A stretch of 64,000 bases of DNA from a virus: IMG/VR virus record IMGVR_UViG_3300045988_171772, positions 190,917-254,916 of that record. The stretch is one strand, 5' to 3'. The notes below the pieces were generated by a model, which searched no databases, was not told where the DNA came from, and worked only from the letters and a program-made list of their open reading frames with translations. Positions 45,101 through 52,915 of the stretch are shown in pieces; position 1 is the stretch's first letter, and every line of letters begins with the position of its first letter. Made by a program: the position numbers and the translations under genes.

Positions 45101-46635
45101 GCCGGAACCAGACCAAAGGTACCATTTTCGCTGTCAGTCGCACCTTCGAATTCAGAATAAGTACCTTCCGCACTGATGGGGACATTGATAGAAGTACCAT
45201 TGCCCTTGGTCACAGTGAGGGTAGTACCATCCGCAGAGATGCGATAGACATAATTAGAAATATTTTTGCCAGTGGAGTCCTTCACGGCAACATCCGCTTT
45301 GGCCACATTGGCATTCGCAATGTCAGAGATCTGATCAATGGTGTGATCATGGTCAGCCAACGCCTTCTCATCAAGAGCATCCTGAAGACCAGTGACATCG
45401 GCGATTTCATGGGTGTGAACGGCTTCGGCTTTACCCGCAACCGTAGTCTCCAATTCTTCGATCGATGCTTTGATCTCCTGATCAGACATGACGAGATTAT
45501 CGGTCATTTGCTTCAGACCAGTGACGTCATCGAAGCCATGAGTATGCTCGGCATTCGCCTTACCCTCAAGCTTCGTATTCAGATCTTTGACAGCAGTATC
45601 GACTTTTGTAGAGAGATCGCCCATAGCGGTATGCATTTCGGATCCCTGAGCATCGATCTTCCCCTCCAGATCCGTTTTCGCGGTCTCGAGATTCTGATCA
45701 GCTTCATCGACCCGGGCATCCACAGCGGCGATATCCTCGGGAATTCCGTTGATTTCCTCAGCAGTCAGAGTAACTCCGGCATCAGCAAGAGAAACAGCAG
45801 GCTTCTCCCAAGTGCCAGTAGCACTCAGGAACTTACCTGCATCTGCGCGACAAGGAGCCGGAACCAGACCAGCTTTACCATCCTCAGTGTCCGTTGCCGG
45901 AACCAGATTGTGAATATACTCTGTGGTCACAATATTACCGTTACCCTTGGTAACCGTAATCTTGTTATCCGAGATAGTCACATTGCGGACGTACTTGCCG
46001 ATCGGGGTGCCATTGGCATCCGTCTTCGCAGAGTCAGCTTCCTCAGCGTGTTCGGCGTTGCGGACACTCAGGGTATCCAGACCACTGATATCGTCGACGG
46101 TATGAGTATGCTCGGAGAGAGCTTTAGAATCCAAAGCATCCTGCAAACCTTCGACATCAGCAATCAGGTGAGAGTGATCCACATCGGCCTTTTTCTCCAG
46201 CTCAGCATTGGTGTCATCAGGAACATTGGGCAGTTTCAGAAGCTGGGCTCTAGCAACAGCGCTAGTGGTCACCTGAGCATTCTCATCGGTGATCACAACA
46301 CGGTTTTTCTGAAGCCCAACAATCCGGTCAGCCGTGATGTTGTTGACACCCAGGGTACCACTTTCGTCATTGTAATGAACCATGTTGTTTTCATCAGACG
46401 AAGTGATCTTGTCCTGCTGGCTTTCAATCCGAGTCAGCTGATTCTCCAAGTAATTCATGGTTACTGCAGAATCTGCGTCGGTGCCCTGTGCTACATGCAA
46501 TGATGCAGTGGATCCATCCTTGTTAAGAACGCGGAAAGAATCTGCATCAAACTTGATAGTAGCATGGACATTTTTATTTTTGGTACCAAAAGACATTTCC
46601 GTCTTCGTGGTACCGTCCAGATTGTTCATGACCAT
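39193..46635 (-). CDS. giant modular tail fibre protein (2480 aa)
   Basis: A single uninterrupted ORF. It holds 8 copies of GLVP[AG]P...KFL...GTW, 8 copies of AT.E.AG[IL]VK.S.E..V...G....., 24 copies of H.H...D[IV][TS][GD]L, and a non-repetitive ~300-aa C-terminal domain. Confidence 0.9.
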   Translation of the reverse strand: MVMNNLDGTTKTEMSFGTKNKNVHATIKFDADSFRVLNKDGSTASLHVAQGTDADSAVTMNYLENQLTRIESQQDKITSSDENNMVHYNDESGTLGVNNITADRIVGLQKNRVVITDENAQVTTSAVARAQLLKLPNVPDDTNAELEKKADVDHSHLIADVEGLQDALDSKALSEHTHTVDDISGLDTLSVRNAEHAEEADSAKTDANGTPIGKYVRNVTISDNKITVTKGNGNIVTTEYIHNLVPATDTEDGKAGLVPAPCRADAGKFLSATGTWEKPAVSLADAGVTLTAEEINGIPEDIAAVDARVDEADQNLETAKTDLEGKIDAQGSEMHTAMGDLSTKVDTAVKDLNTKLEGKANAEHTHGFDDVTGLKQMTDNLVMSDQEIKASIEELETTVAGKAEAVHTHEIADVTGLQDALDEKALADHDHTIDQISDIANANVAKADVAVKDSTGKNISNYVYRISADGTTLTVTKGNGTSINVPISAEGTYSEFEGATDSENGTFGLVPAPKAGDQNKVLSGAGTWVDAPPADLEAAGITATAEELNYMTGVTSGVQAQLDAKAAAVHTHEASEITDFDAAVQSAVADDLAGKANTKHTHEMDDVTGLTDALGAKADAEHTHKAADITDLTDTLSSAVVGEAGKATSDKNGKDITTYVADVTSDNTKITVTKGDGSSSEIQFPQGTVYDAFTGASAEGAGEEGLVPAPAQGDQDKFLKADGTWAVPVDNDTTYDVATSEIAGLVKASSEIQVDGEGVMTVSSIPQSKVTNLENTFATMSQASNKFEITDGLFEDTRVSYRDEEIRVMYSTLTPWAPQDGAEDPNTVTMALRAYAPADATDYRIALKDEITEGEVTAFGDPDSLGRNYVETRLPVATYDAGDSAWTYLGSSSTAGKYVGWYVTVEWYNAGNKIIGSETIRVNLATESTFNSNIPGYMSDYAKSSDVTTALDGKADTEHTHEAVDITDLQGLLDAKANVTHTHATSDVTGLDTALAGKAASVHTHAIADVTDLETTLAGKVDTEDLTEATVKAASQDTNGKPITEYVAGVTLQGNTLKIAKGDSSTSDVELPAGTVYKDFTGASAEGAGEAGLVPAPAQGDQDKFLKADGTWGTPVDTNTTYDVATSETAGLVKSSSEIAVDGEGVMTVAGIAQEKVTGLTAALSGKADAAHTHTLKDIPEITLDAEQINGLPAAIAAKADVDHTHDIADITDLNTAKVAEAAKVTNAMTVTFNGDNTPENVTTFDGSAAATLDITLAKVGAAAATHTHEMDSVNGLSDALSGKASTIHSHAISDVTDLQTTLDGKAASEHTHEIADVTGLQDALDIKLESDDLPGIATGDTTGIVKGSSEISVGEDGALTVASIAQDKVSGLTEVLASKVDSDSLADATVGNATKATQDKNGKDITQYVSDVTQANSKITITKGDGSSSEIDLPKETVYSNFTGTTGTGDGKAGLVPAPVSADVDKFLKSDGTWATVTLDDTSVDIATSDKAGIVKPGAEFTVAPEDGAMSIASIEQSKVTGLVDALGAKADVTHTHEIANVNGLQDALDAKLTASTLPIATTDNTGVVKASAEISVGVDGTMTVDSIAQSKVADLETTLAGKAATEHTHKAADITDLNSAVVAEAGKTTNALSVTFNGGTQAENNVTFDGSAAQTLDITLAKIGAAAAEHTHETADVTGLDTALAGKANSVHTHEMASVTGLSAALEAKADSEHTHTVSQITDIASATVAAAGKATNDKNDKDITTYVADVTFAENKITVKKGDDSSSEIELPKGTVYSNFTGASSDAAGGAGLVPAPAQGDQDKFLKADGTWAVVKAGSDVAVATEETAGIVKASSEIAVAGDGAMSITAVSQDKVTGLTDALGGKAASVHTHAISDVTDLQTTLDNKLEASDLVVATDSTPGLVKASTEVTVGVDGALGIGTIEQAKVNGLTAALGAKADTEHTHTVSDITDLNLSAASVAEAAKATTDKNEKDITTYVADVKKSEDNKKIVITKGDSSSTEIELPEAATYSAFTGASAEGAGSDGLVPGPAIGDQDKFLKADGTWAVPVDTNTTYAPATTEVAGIVRASTEITVDGEGIMTVSSLAQSKVEGLTDALSGKANATHSHTASDISDLSEATVKAATQDTSGNALTSYVKSLSVSGSKLTVTKGDETSDELDLPSGGTGVSDPFTGTDGSNPGKVGLVPAPAAADANKFLASDGTWKIIQGAGGEVSIKYTSQVPTTAAVGGINEGYVPPSSGIDILDLIYKLLHPYVAPELTATMLPRNGGTVGIATTQNITGVRVNLSNAHGNKIMSYQVYDVDSDFDSHTALGELYSEDYENGFAEGAQTVTLNSPYRMTQASNHKYLTVRAMDLDGNESIVKTASFNFVETYYWGTAPGETVIDETFVNGDDDKTTQASAKGTKVVSVNNPTTQFVYFCAPKSYGEIKSVKDQNQLDNTSEFTKNKTEVTINGRDYYVYHNDPFMGEMTFTFSY

Positions 46636-46798
46636 ACTGAATTAGTCCTCCATTAGCTAGATAATGTAGCTATTGCTATGTGGAAATCTTATTACAGACA
46701 TCCACATAGCATCGGAAAAGCTCTTTATCAACATGTTTTTGCCTAAAAAATACGGGCCATTCATGCTTGATAAAGAGCTTTAAAGTGTGATTTTTATA

Positions 46799-49402
46799 TC
46801 ATACCGTCATGGAATTAAGGACCTCATTCAGTCGATCACTATCCTGATTCAGCTGAGAAGCAGTTGCATTCAGGTTGGATACGACAGAGGTGGTGGTCAC
46901 TTCATCCGCATACTCCAGATAGACTTTAGCAGATCCCTCTGTGTATCCACTCAATTCCATAGTGAGATCCACGGGAGATTCTGAAGTCGCTGTAATGGGA
47001 TAATAGAAATCCAATTGCAGAGGAGTATCCTTGGTGAGAGTAACCTCTTGGTTATACATGATATATTCTCCAGCCTTGAGAGTCAGAGTAATACCAGTAT
47101 TGTATGTGACCGTAGGATTGATCGTAATGGTACGAATGAATCCATTGGCCAAGAAGGAATGAAGAATCATAGACTCGTTATAGAGATTCTTAGAGATCAT
47201 GAAGAGATCAGACTCTCCAGTCTCCAGATTCTGATAAGAATCGTATGCATACTCGAGGTATACAGTGGCTTCTCCACCTTCGTAATCATTAAAGTTGATA
47301 TGCAGAGGATCAACAGGAGCATCCAGATGCAGATAAGCAGGATGCTCAAAGATACTACCACTCATCATATTGCTATTGGTTTCGGTATAGATGGTAGTAT
47401 CTCCTCTGGTAATGGTAAACCCAGATGCAGTAATGTCACTTGTCACTCTGACAGTGATTTTCTTAATGGTAACTCCATGAGTGAAGATCATCATGTCTCC
47501 ACCAGAAGTGACACTATAAGAAGCCATTGTCACAGCGTTCTTTCTCGCATACTGAGAGAGAAGAGATTCGACATAGGCAGCAATACCAGATTCTGTCAGG
47601 ATCACATTGGAAGAAGGCTCACTACTCATAGATGTAGCAATCGTCTTACCAGAATCCTTATACTTTCCAGTATTGTCACTGAAGACCAAGAGATGGTCCT
47701 TAGTGGCAGATCCATCCAGGTTATTCCCAGTCTCAGGAGCCCACTGAGGAGTTCCATTGACTACCTTATAGACTTGACCATTATTGGCATCACTATAGGA
47801 AGCAACATGGTTACCATGAGATGTGGGTGCAGCACCAATGGCTTCAGGTGTCACAATGACATTCTGAGCAGAAGATCCATCAAAGGATGTAAGTTGACCA
47901 TTGGACCCGAGCTTGATACCCAAGGAATTTACAAGCTTCTCCGCAGCAATGGCATTGCCACCTGCTGTAGAAGAAGCAGCGTAGTTGTGAGTATGAGATG
48001 TAGGAGCTTTTCCATCCAGCTGAGTCTGAATAGAAGAAGTGACTCCCTTGACGTAATTCAATTCGTCTGTGGATGCGGTAACTCCCATATCACTAAGAGA
48101 AGCATTTACCTTCTCCCAGGTACCAGAAGCACAAAGGAATTTACCAGCATCCGATCTCATAGGACCAGGAACCAGACCAACCGATCCATCTCCTGATCCA
48201 TCTGTGCCGGTAAAGACAGAATACTGCACAGGATCATCCTCAGATGTACCACCAGCTCCCCATGCCAGCTGTCCACCAACTACCATGAGAACCTGATTGT
48301 CATTTGCAGAGGAATAATTCGGAACGTGATTACCATGCTGAGTAGGAGCAGCTCCAATTCCTGCAGGAGTGATGTCCACTGTAGCAGCTGCAGATCCATC
48401 AAACAGAACTTCATTCTTACCATTGGTAAGAATATGAAGAATATGATTGACTTTCTCTGCAGAAGAAGCAGGGCCACCCACCGATGCAGAAGCAGCATAC
48501 TGATGTGTATGAGAAACATTGGCTTTGAGCTCCAGATTGTCATAGAGATCATTGATCTGATTCTGGATATTACCAGTCAATCCAGTGCTGTAATTCAATT
48601 CAGCAGCGGTTGCAGTAACACCCAAATCTCCCAGAGCTGTATTGACATCTGGATAGGCCCAAGTACCATCACCACGAAGGAATTTATTCTGATCTCCAGC
48701 CAAAGGTCTAGGAGTCATACCAATGGTACCAGGAACTGAAGCCGATGCACCTGTCATAGGAGTCCTGAAAGATTCCTCAAAGGTAGAGAGCTCATTATTC
48801 AGGACTTCATTGAAATCTGTAAGATCAGCGACTCGGTGTGTATGGGTCGAGTTCGCCTTACCACTCAAGATTTCATCCAATCCAGTAATGGTCGCAGTCG
48901 TGTGATTGTGACTGTCATCAACAACCTGGACATGGCCATCTGAATTGACAAGAATGTCTTCCCCAGCCAAAATACCACCGAGGGTAGTATTTGTAGCTAC
49001 CGGGATATTTGCCATACTTCCACCTCCTCCCGATCTAGAGAAATGAAACCATAGTTTTTCATATCGTTCGTCTCTGCTCTCTTCTGTATCAGACAGAGCG
49101 AGCATCATATCACCCTGCTCTACTTCATAGGTACCAAACATACCAGGAGCTGTGATGACATAGGTATATCCTCCATGTGCTTGAGGGAATGGAGGATTAT
49201 TCGTACAATCCATCGTACCAGCGATCTGCATCTTGATCTGATCCCAGATGATGGTCTCATCCAAGGTCGTCTCAACATGTATCCCGTCATGGTTCAATGT
49301 GATAATATCCGAATCAGTATGCTCTAGGTCAGAGACGCGCATTCTTCGCTTTCGATTCTTTTCTTTCTGGTCTCTCATATGAGCCAGACTGTACAGAGGC
49401 AT
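46799..49402 (-). CDS. tail fibre protein (867 aa)
   Basis: PVATNTTLGGILAGE, THTHRVADLTDF, GMTPRPLAGDQNKFLRGDGTWAYP, GLVPGPMRSDAGKFLCASGTWEKV. AAAGGAGGTGA lies upstream of the ATG. Confidence 0.85.
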   Translation of the reverse strand: MPLYSLAHMRDQKEKNRKRRMRVSDLEHTDSDIITLNHDGIHVETTLDETIIWDQIKMQIAGTMDCTNNPPFPQAHGGYTYVITAPGMFGTYEVEQGDMMLALSDTEESRDERYEKLWFHFSRSGGGGSMANIPVATNTTLGGILAGEDILVNSDGHVQVVDDSHNHTTATITGLDEILSGKANSTHTHRVADLTDFNEVLNNELSTFEESFRTPMTGASASVPGTIGMTPRPLAGDQNKFLRGDGTWAYPDVNTALGDLGVTATAAELNYSTGLTGNIQNQINDLYDNLELKANVSHTHQYAASASVGGPASSAEKVNHILHILTNGKNEVLFDGSAAATVDITPAGIGAAPTQHGNHVPNYSSANDNQVLMVVGGQLAWGAGGTSEDDPVQYSVFTGTDGSGDGSVGLVPGPMRSDAGKFLCASGTWEKVNASLSDMGVTASTDELNYVKGVTSSIQTQLDGKAPTSHTHNYAASSTAGGNAIAAEKLVNSLGIKLGSNGQLTSFDGSSAQNVIVTPEAIGAAPTSHGNHVASYSDANNGQVYKVVNGTPQWAPETGNNLDGSATKDHLLVFSDNTGKYKDSGKTIATSMSSEPSSNVILTESGIAAYVESLLSQYARKNAVTMASYSVTSGGDMMIFTHGVTIKKITVRVTSDITASGFTITRGDTTIYTETNSNMMSGSIFEHPAYLHLDAPVDPLHINFNDYEGGEATVYLEYAYDSYQNLETGESDLFMISKNLYNESMILHSFLANGFIRTITINPTVTYNTGITLTLKAGEYIMYNQEVTLTKDTPLQLDFYYPITATSESPVDLTMELSGYTEGSAKVYLEYADEVTTTSVVSNLNATASQLNQDSDRLNEVLNSMTV

Positions 49403-49424
49403 CGTTTCACCTCCTTTACCAGTT

Positions 49425-49466
49425 AAAATTAAAGCTGAGAACGGCTTTTATTTGACCGTTCTCAGC
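49425..49466 (-). terminator. hairpin terminator
   Basis: 11-bp stem GCTGAGAACGG/CCGTTCTCAGC followed by TTTAATTTT on the minus strand. Confidence 0.6.
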
Positions 49467-49482
49467 CATAAGATTGTCAGAA

Positions 49483-50883
49483 TTAAGAAAGCTTAGGAAG
49501 ATCCGTTACCAGAACTCTCTCACCCTCATCACACATGATCATCAGAGCCAACTGAGCAGAGGTGATGGTTGAAGTAGAAGCATTACCAGATCCATTAGTC
49601 ACCATGACCTTGGAATAGGCAGAAGATTTACCATGCAGAGAGGTAAGAGCTGTGATCGCAACAGAAGAACCACCAGCAGTCAGCTTACCGTTTCCATTTG
49701 TGATGATCGCCACATTGGGATCCAGAGAGGCAGTCTGACCAACATCAGAGGGAGACAGACCAGTGTCATAGAGGTTGCCATTGCTGTCAACACCCAGCAT
49801 AGTAGGTCCAGTCTTAATGTTGGCAAGAGGAGCCAATTTGGAGGCATCCACACCCGTGGAGACAATGGTACCATCACTGGAAGAAGAGGCCAGAATCTTA
49901 CCCATATTCTGGGCACTATTCAGGGCACTCAGAGCAGTGATGTATTTGGAAGCAACACCATTGGCAGTGGTCAGAAGTCCACCACTATCAGTGAGAACTG
50001 CCATGTTGGGATTCAGAGCTGCCAGAGCATTACCCTGAGAGATGGTCGCATTGATCGCAACCATTCGTCTCGGAGTAGCTGCAGTAGTTGAGTAGTTGCG
50101 TGTGGCAACCAGACGATCTCCATCAATCGACGGAGAGTCCAGATCATGCCAGATGGTTCCTTCACCAGTGTGGTCATAGTTGTCTGAAGGATTGAAGTGG
50201 TCTTTGATATCTTCAAAGTCCTCTCGATCCGTAGAAGACATACCACCTCCACCAATGGCAAAGAACTTACCAACGTCATCACCAGAAGGCTGACCACTGA
50301 AATACAGATCGATATACGAACCTGCAATGTAGTCACCTTTTGAGATAGGATTGCCCATGCTATTGACAATGTCATAGCCTTGAGATCCATTGACAGACAG
50401 TTTGGCCTTATCACCAGAGGGAGCATGAAGCTTCAGAGTAAACTGAGCTTTGTCGGCTACCACAGCTGAGGAAGAAGTAATTTTATACAGAAGGCAGACA
50501 CCCTCTGTCAAATCACCGGTAGTTTCCAAAAAAGCAGGCTCTGTTGCGATCACCCAGTCAGTCCAGTTAGAACCACCATCCTTCGAAGTACGAGTGGCAG
50601 TAGAGCTGGAGAGCTTGACGACCTGCGTCAGAACCACATTGGATCCAGAAGATGATTTGTAGACATCGAAGTTGATCGGAGAAATATCTCCAATACCAAC
50701 AGGACCATTCGTGATGTAATCGGCCTGATAAGATCCGGGTTCGACACAGGTGTTGATATCATACGGAGAGTTGACGACACTCTCCAGTTTGATACAACCA
50801 ATGCTATCCGGATTAAAAGCGAGTGCTTTACCGATCGCTTCATCGATTTCGGGTCCGCTATATTGAGTGCGATAGTTAGCCAT
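49483..50883 (-). CDS. tail fibre or baseplate-associated structural protein (~466 aa)
   Basis: The track ORF is 49483..50895 (GTG). The ATG at 50883, preceded by AAGGGGTGA, is preferred. It begins MANYRTQYSGPEIDEAIGKA and has a Gly/Ser/Thr-rich repetitive C-terminal half. Confidence 0.8.
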   Translation of the reverse strand: MANYRTQYSGPEIDEAIGKALAFNPDSIGCIKLESVVNSPYDINTCVEPGSYQADYITNGPVGIGDISPINFDVYKSSSGSNVVLTQVVKLSSSTATRTSKDGGSNWTDWVIATEPAFLETTGDLTEGVCLLYKITSSSAVVADKAQFTLKLHAPSGDKAKLSVNGSQGYDIVNSMGNPISKGDYIAGSYIDLYFSGQPSGDDVGKFFAIGGGGMSSTDREDFEDIKDHFNPSDNYDHTGEGTIWHDLDSPSIDGDRLVATRNYSTTAATPRRMVAINATISQGNALAALNPNMAVLTDSGGLLTTANGVASKYITALSALNSAQNMGKILASSSSDGTIVSTGVDASKLAPLANIKTGPTMLGVDSNGNLYDTGLSPSDVGQTASLDPNVAIITNGNGKLTAGGSSVAITALTSLHGKSSAYSKVMVTNGSGNASTSTITSAQLALMIMCDEGERVLVTDLPKLS

Positions 50884-50905
50884 CTTTATAGTCACCCCTT
50901 ATACA

Positions 50906-51334
50906 TCAATGATTCAATGAATGACGATTCGGAAGAATTCTCTTACCGTCTTCTGTCTTTGTGGGACATACGACGAAAGATTGAATCTGATCCAGAGGAA
51001 TAAAGGAGATCAGTTCATACTCACGAACTCCCTGGTCAGCCTGGTGATAGTAATGCACTTCGAGGAAGTCTTCTCCTCCCTTAGTGGTGACAGTGATGTC
51101 ATCCATCGTGATCGGAGAAGTGGGATTCTCATCCACCAGCTCTTCCAAGGCAGTACCATCGTTATCCGTCTTGATATCTTCCATGTCATAAGTCCGACGA
51201 ATCTTGCCGGTCTTAATATTTTTCACAAGATACTCGCCATACCCAACGAAGAGGGCACGACCATTATCCAAACCGATCAAGCAGCACTGATCGGCGTATT
51301 CGCCTTTCAATGCTTCAAAGCCAGCTTTGGTCAT
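50906..51334 (-). CDS. hypothetical protein (142 aa), first gene of the fibre block
   Basis: AAGGAGGAAA upstream of the ATG. The gene is 10 nt from the next gene. Confidence 0.75.
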   Translation of the reverse strand: MTKAGFEALKGEYADQCCLIGLDNGRALFVGYGEYLVKNIKTGKIRRTYDMEDIKTDNDGTALEELVDENPTSPITMDDITVTTKGGEDFLEVHYYHQADQGVREYELISFIPLDQIQSFVVCPTKTEDGKRILPNRHSLNH

Positions 51335-51413
51335 TTAGGTATTTCCTCCTTCTTATGGAGTATAAATAGCGCTATAAGGAAATCATAGCTATCTTAGTCG
51401 TCTGTTTTTAAAC

Positions 51414-51460
51414 AAAAAAGAGTGGGCCTACGTATGAAGTTACGCTTCACACTCACTCTA
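51414..51460 (-). terminator. bulged hairpin plus T6 terminator ending the 51414-51700 non-coding unit
   Basis: On the minus strand, AGAGTG-A-GTGTGAAG-cgtaa-CTTCATAC-gtaggcc-CACTCT followed by TTTTTT. Confidence 0.55.
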
Positions 51461-51703
51461 GGTCATCCAGGAGATGGACTCATGAGAATCGAATTTTCGG
51501 TATCCGATCTTTTCTCCAGTGGATGACTTCGTAGTCTTAGACCCACAGAAAGTGACGACCAACATATCTTATCAGTGCCTCATCTCATAGTGAGATGGGT
51601 CTTACCCTATCCATTCGGTATCTCGTCTGAACCCATAGTTGGTGATGGTGACGACCGATAAGCCTAGCGTCTGGAAGACATTCTATCACTTTCATACTAT
51701 AAT

Positions 51704-51734
51704 AATATACATAAATTTTTGAAGTAGTTTTCGA
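51704..51734 (-). promoter_or_regulatory. class I promoter-like motif
   Basis: On the minus strand, TCGAAAA-N18-TATATTATT, at the head of the 51414-51700 non-coding unit. Confidence 0.5.
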
Positions 51735-51779
51735 TTCGAATATACCCGTCTTCTTTCTTAGGTATATTCGAATCGATGA

Positions 51780-52181
51780 TTAAGATTTTGGTGATAAACA
51801 GATCTTGTAGATATTGAGACCTTTATTCCAATAGATATAGATGTCTCTGGTATCTCTATAGGCGATGTGATGATCCAATAGAAATTTGAAGATAGAAGGA
51901 GCTGCAATAGGCTCTAAGAATCTACCAAAGAATTTGTATTGGATGGTACGATCTTTATCAAGATAGATCGCAGGATAGACAGAATGATTCCTTAGAAATA
52001 GTTTGAAATTATAATTATCGGAATTTCTGTCATAGTCTCTTACATATTTATCTGCATCCCGAATCTCTTTGACAGAGAATACTCGTAGAATATGATTCCG
52101 ATCTTTTCCATCTATGAGTAATATTCTCTTCTCTGGATTGGTAGACTTCTCATACTGGATATGATACTGCTCAATGATCAT
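51780..52181 (-). CDS. hypothetical protein (133 aa)
   Basis: ATGA start/stop overlap with the upstream ORF indicates translational coupling. Confidence 0.75.
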   Translation of the reverse strand: MIIEQYHIQYEKSTNPEKRILLIDGKDRNHILRVFSVKEIRDADKYVRDYDRNSDNYNFKLFLRNHSVYPAIYLDKDRTIQYKFFGRFLEPIAAPSIFKFLLDHHIAYRDTRDIYIYWNKGLNIYKICLSPKS

Positions 52182-52558
52182 CGTTTTCTCACACCTACCT
52201 TGTAGATTGCGTTTCTTCTCTTGACGGAAGAGGAAGATACCATTGTAGGTACATTGGTAGTCTTTAAAATAAACTTGGGAGTCCCATACTTCTGTATACT
52301 GGGATCCAATTGAGTAGGAAATTCTATATACAGGATTCTGTCATCCAATATGGTAAAAATGGCATCTTCATCCAATTGGGAGAATTTCCCAAATTGATGT
52401 CGGAGAGTTCTTCTCTCATAGATTCTCTCTACGATGAGAGGAAGTTCCAGAGGATTGATCTTTTTACCATTGAGATAGAAGTAAGAGGTATTTCCTTCAT
52501 ATCCTCTGGTAAATCTCAGATAATCTATCTTCTTTCTATGAATATCTGTCGTTCTCAC
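52178..52558 (-). CDS. hypothetical protein (126 aa from the GTG); the frame stays open for a further 73 codons upstream
   Basis: GTG at 52558 with GAGGAGA about 10 nt upstream. The same frame is open to 52777 with no canonical start (see findings). Confidence 0.6.
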   Translation of the reverse strand: MRTTDIHRKKIDYLRFTRGYEGNTSYFYLNGKKINPLELPLIVERIYERRTLRHQFGKFSQLDEDAIFTILDDRILYIEFPTQLDPSIQKYGTPKFILKTTNVPTMVSSSSVKRRNAIYKVGVRKR

Positions 52559-52846
52559 TACCTTGAGTCTCCTCAGTCTCTCTTTGGATTCTTTGATAGA
52601 CTCAGCAGAGATTGCCTGAATACTTTTCCAATAGTCTCGATAGACTCCATCTCTGGTAATTCCTCTTGAGTAGACGCAGAGTATATAGGAAGGATCTTTG
52701 GAATTGATCTTTCGTATATAGATTGGCCTATGCTTAGTACCGGTATTGTGTCTAATTAGTTCCGTATGTGACCCTCCTCAACGAATTTCTTATTCACATA
52801 TGAATATCCTTTCTCCATATACCTCATGGTATGCTTCCATGTAAAT

Positions 52847-52877
52847 AATATACAGAGAAATCCCTAGAATATTTCAT
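52847..52877 (-). promoter_or_regulatory. class I promoter-like motif
   Basis: On the minus strand, ATGAAAT-N18-TATATTATTTAC. The upstream half overlaps the loop and 3' arm of hairpin 52860-52903. Confidence 0.45.
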
Positions 52878-52903
52878 TAATCGAATTGAAATATTCTAGG
52901 GAT
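52860..52903 (-). terminator. 17-bp-stem hairpin after 52916..54223
   Basis: ATCCCTAGAATATTTCA/TGAAATATTCTAGGGAT. The T tail is weak and the hairpin overlaps the next promoter motif. Confidence 0.5.
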
Positions 52904-52915
52904 AATAAGGATCTT

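Noticed and set aside
41482-46503. 1673-aa plus-strand ORF, with other long plus-strand ORFs at 39694..41295, 36638..37675, 37973..38644 and 47015..48196, opposite the fibre genes
   Set aside because: These are antisense shadows of the repeat-rich minus-strand fibre genes. Their translations are Ser/Arg/Ile-rich low-complexity sequence with no SD, whereas the minus-strand frames carry coherent, recurrent fibre motifs.
39193-46635. Periodic repeats that might suggest a CRISPR array or satellite
   Set aside because: The repeats are in frame within one uninterrupted ORF. They have variable spacing and degenerate sequence, conserved at the protein level only. There is no repeat-spacer architecture and no cas genes.
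51728-51775. TTCGAATC / TTCGATTCG strings resembling a tRNA T-arm (also near 29781, 54899 and 52881)
   Set aside because: No cloverleaf can be folded around them. They form part of the recurrent promoter-like motif and of simple inverted repeats. I found no convincing tRNA anywhere in the window by eye.
8383-52780. TGA stop-codon reassignment as an explanation for three start-less coding-like frames, each bounded upstream by TGA (near 8640, at 38609 and at 52778)
   Set aside because: Reading through the TGA does not reach a start codon in the fibre case: TAA lies 12 codons upstream with no ATG between. In addition, confident genes such as 19797..20081 terminate at TGA with normal spacing to the next gene, so the standard code fits the window.
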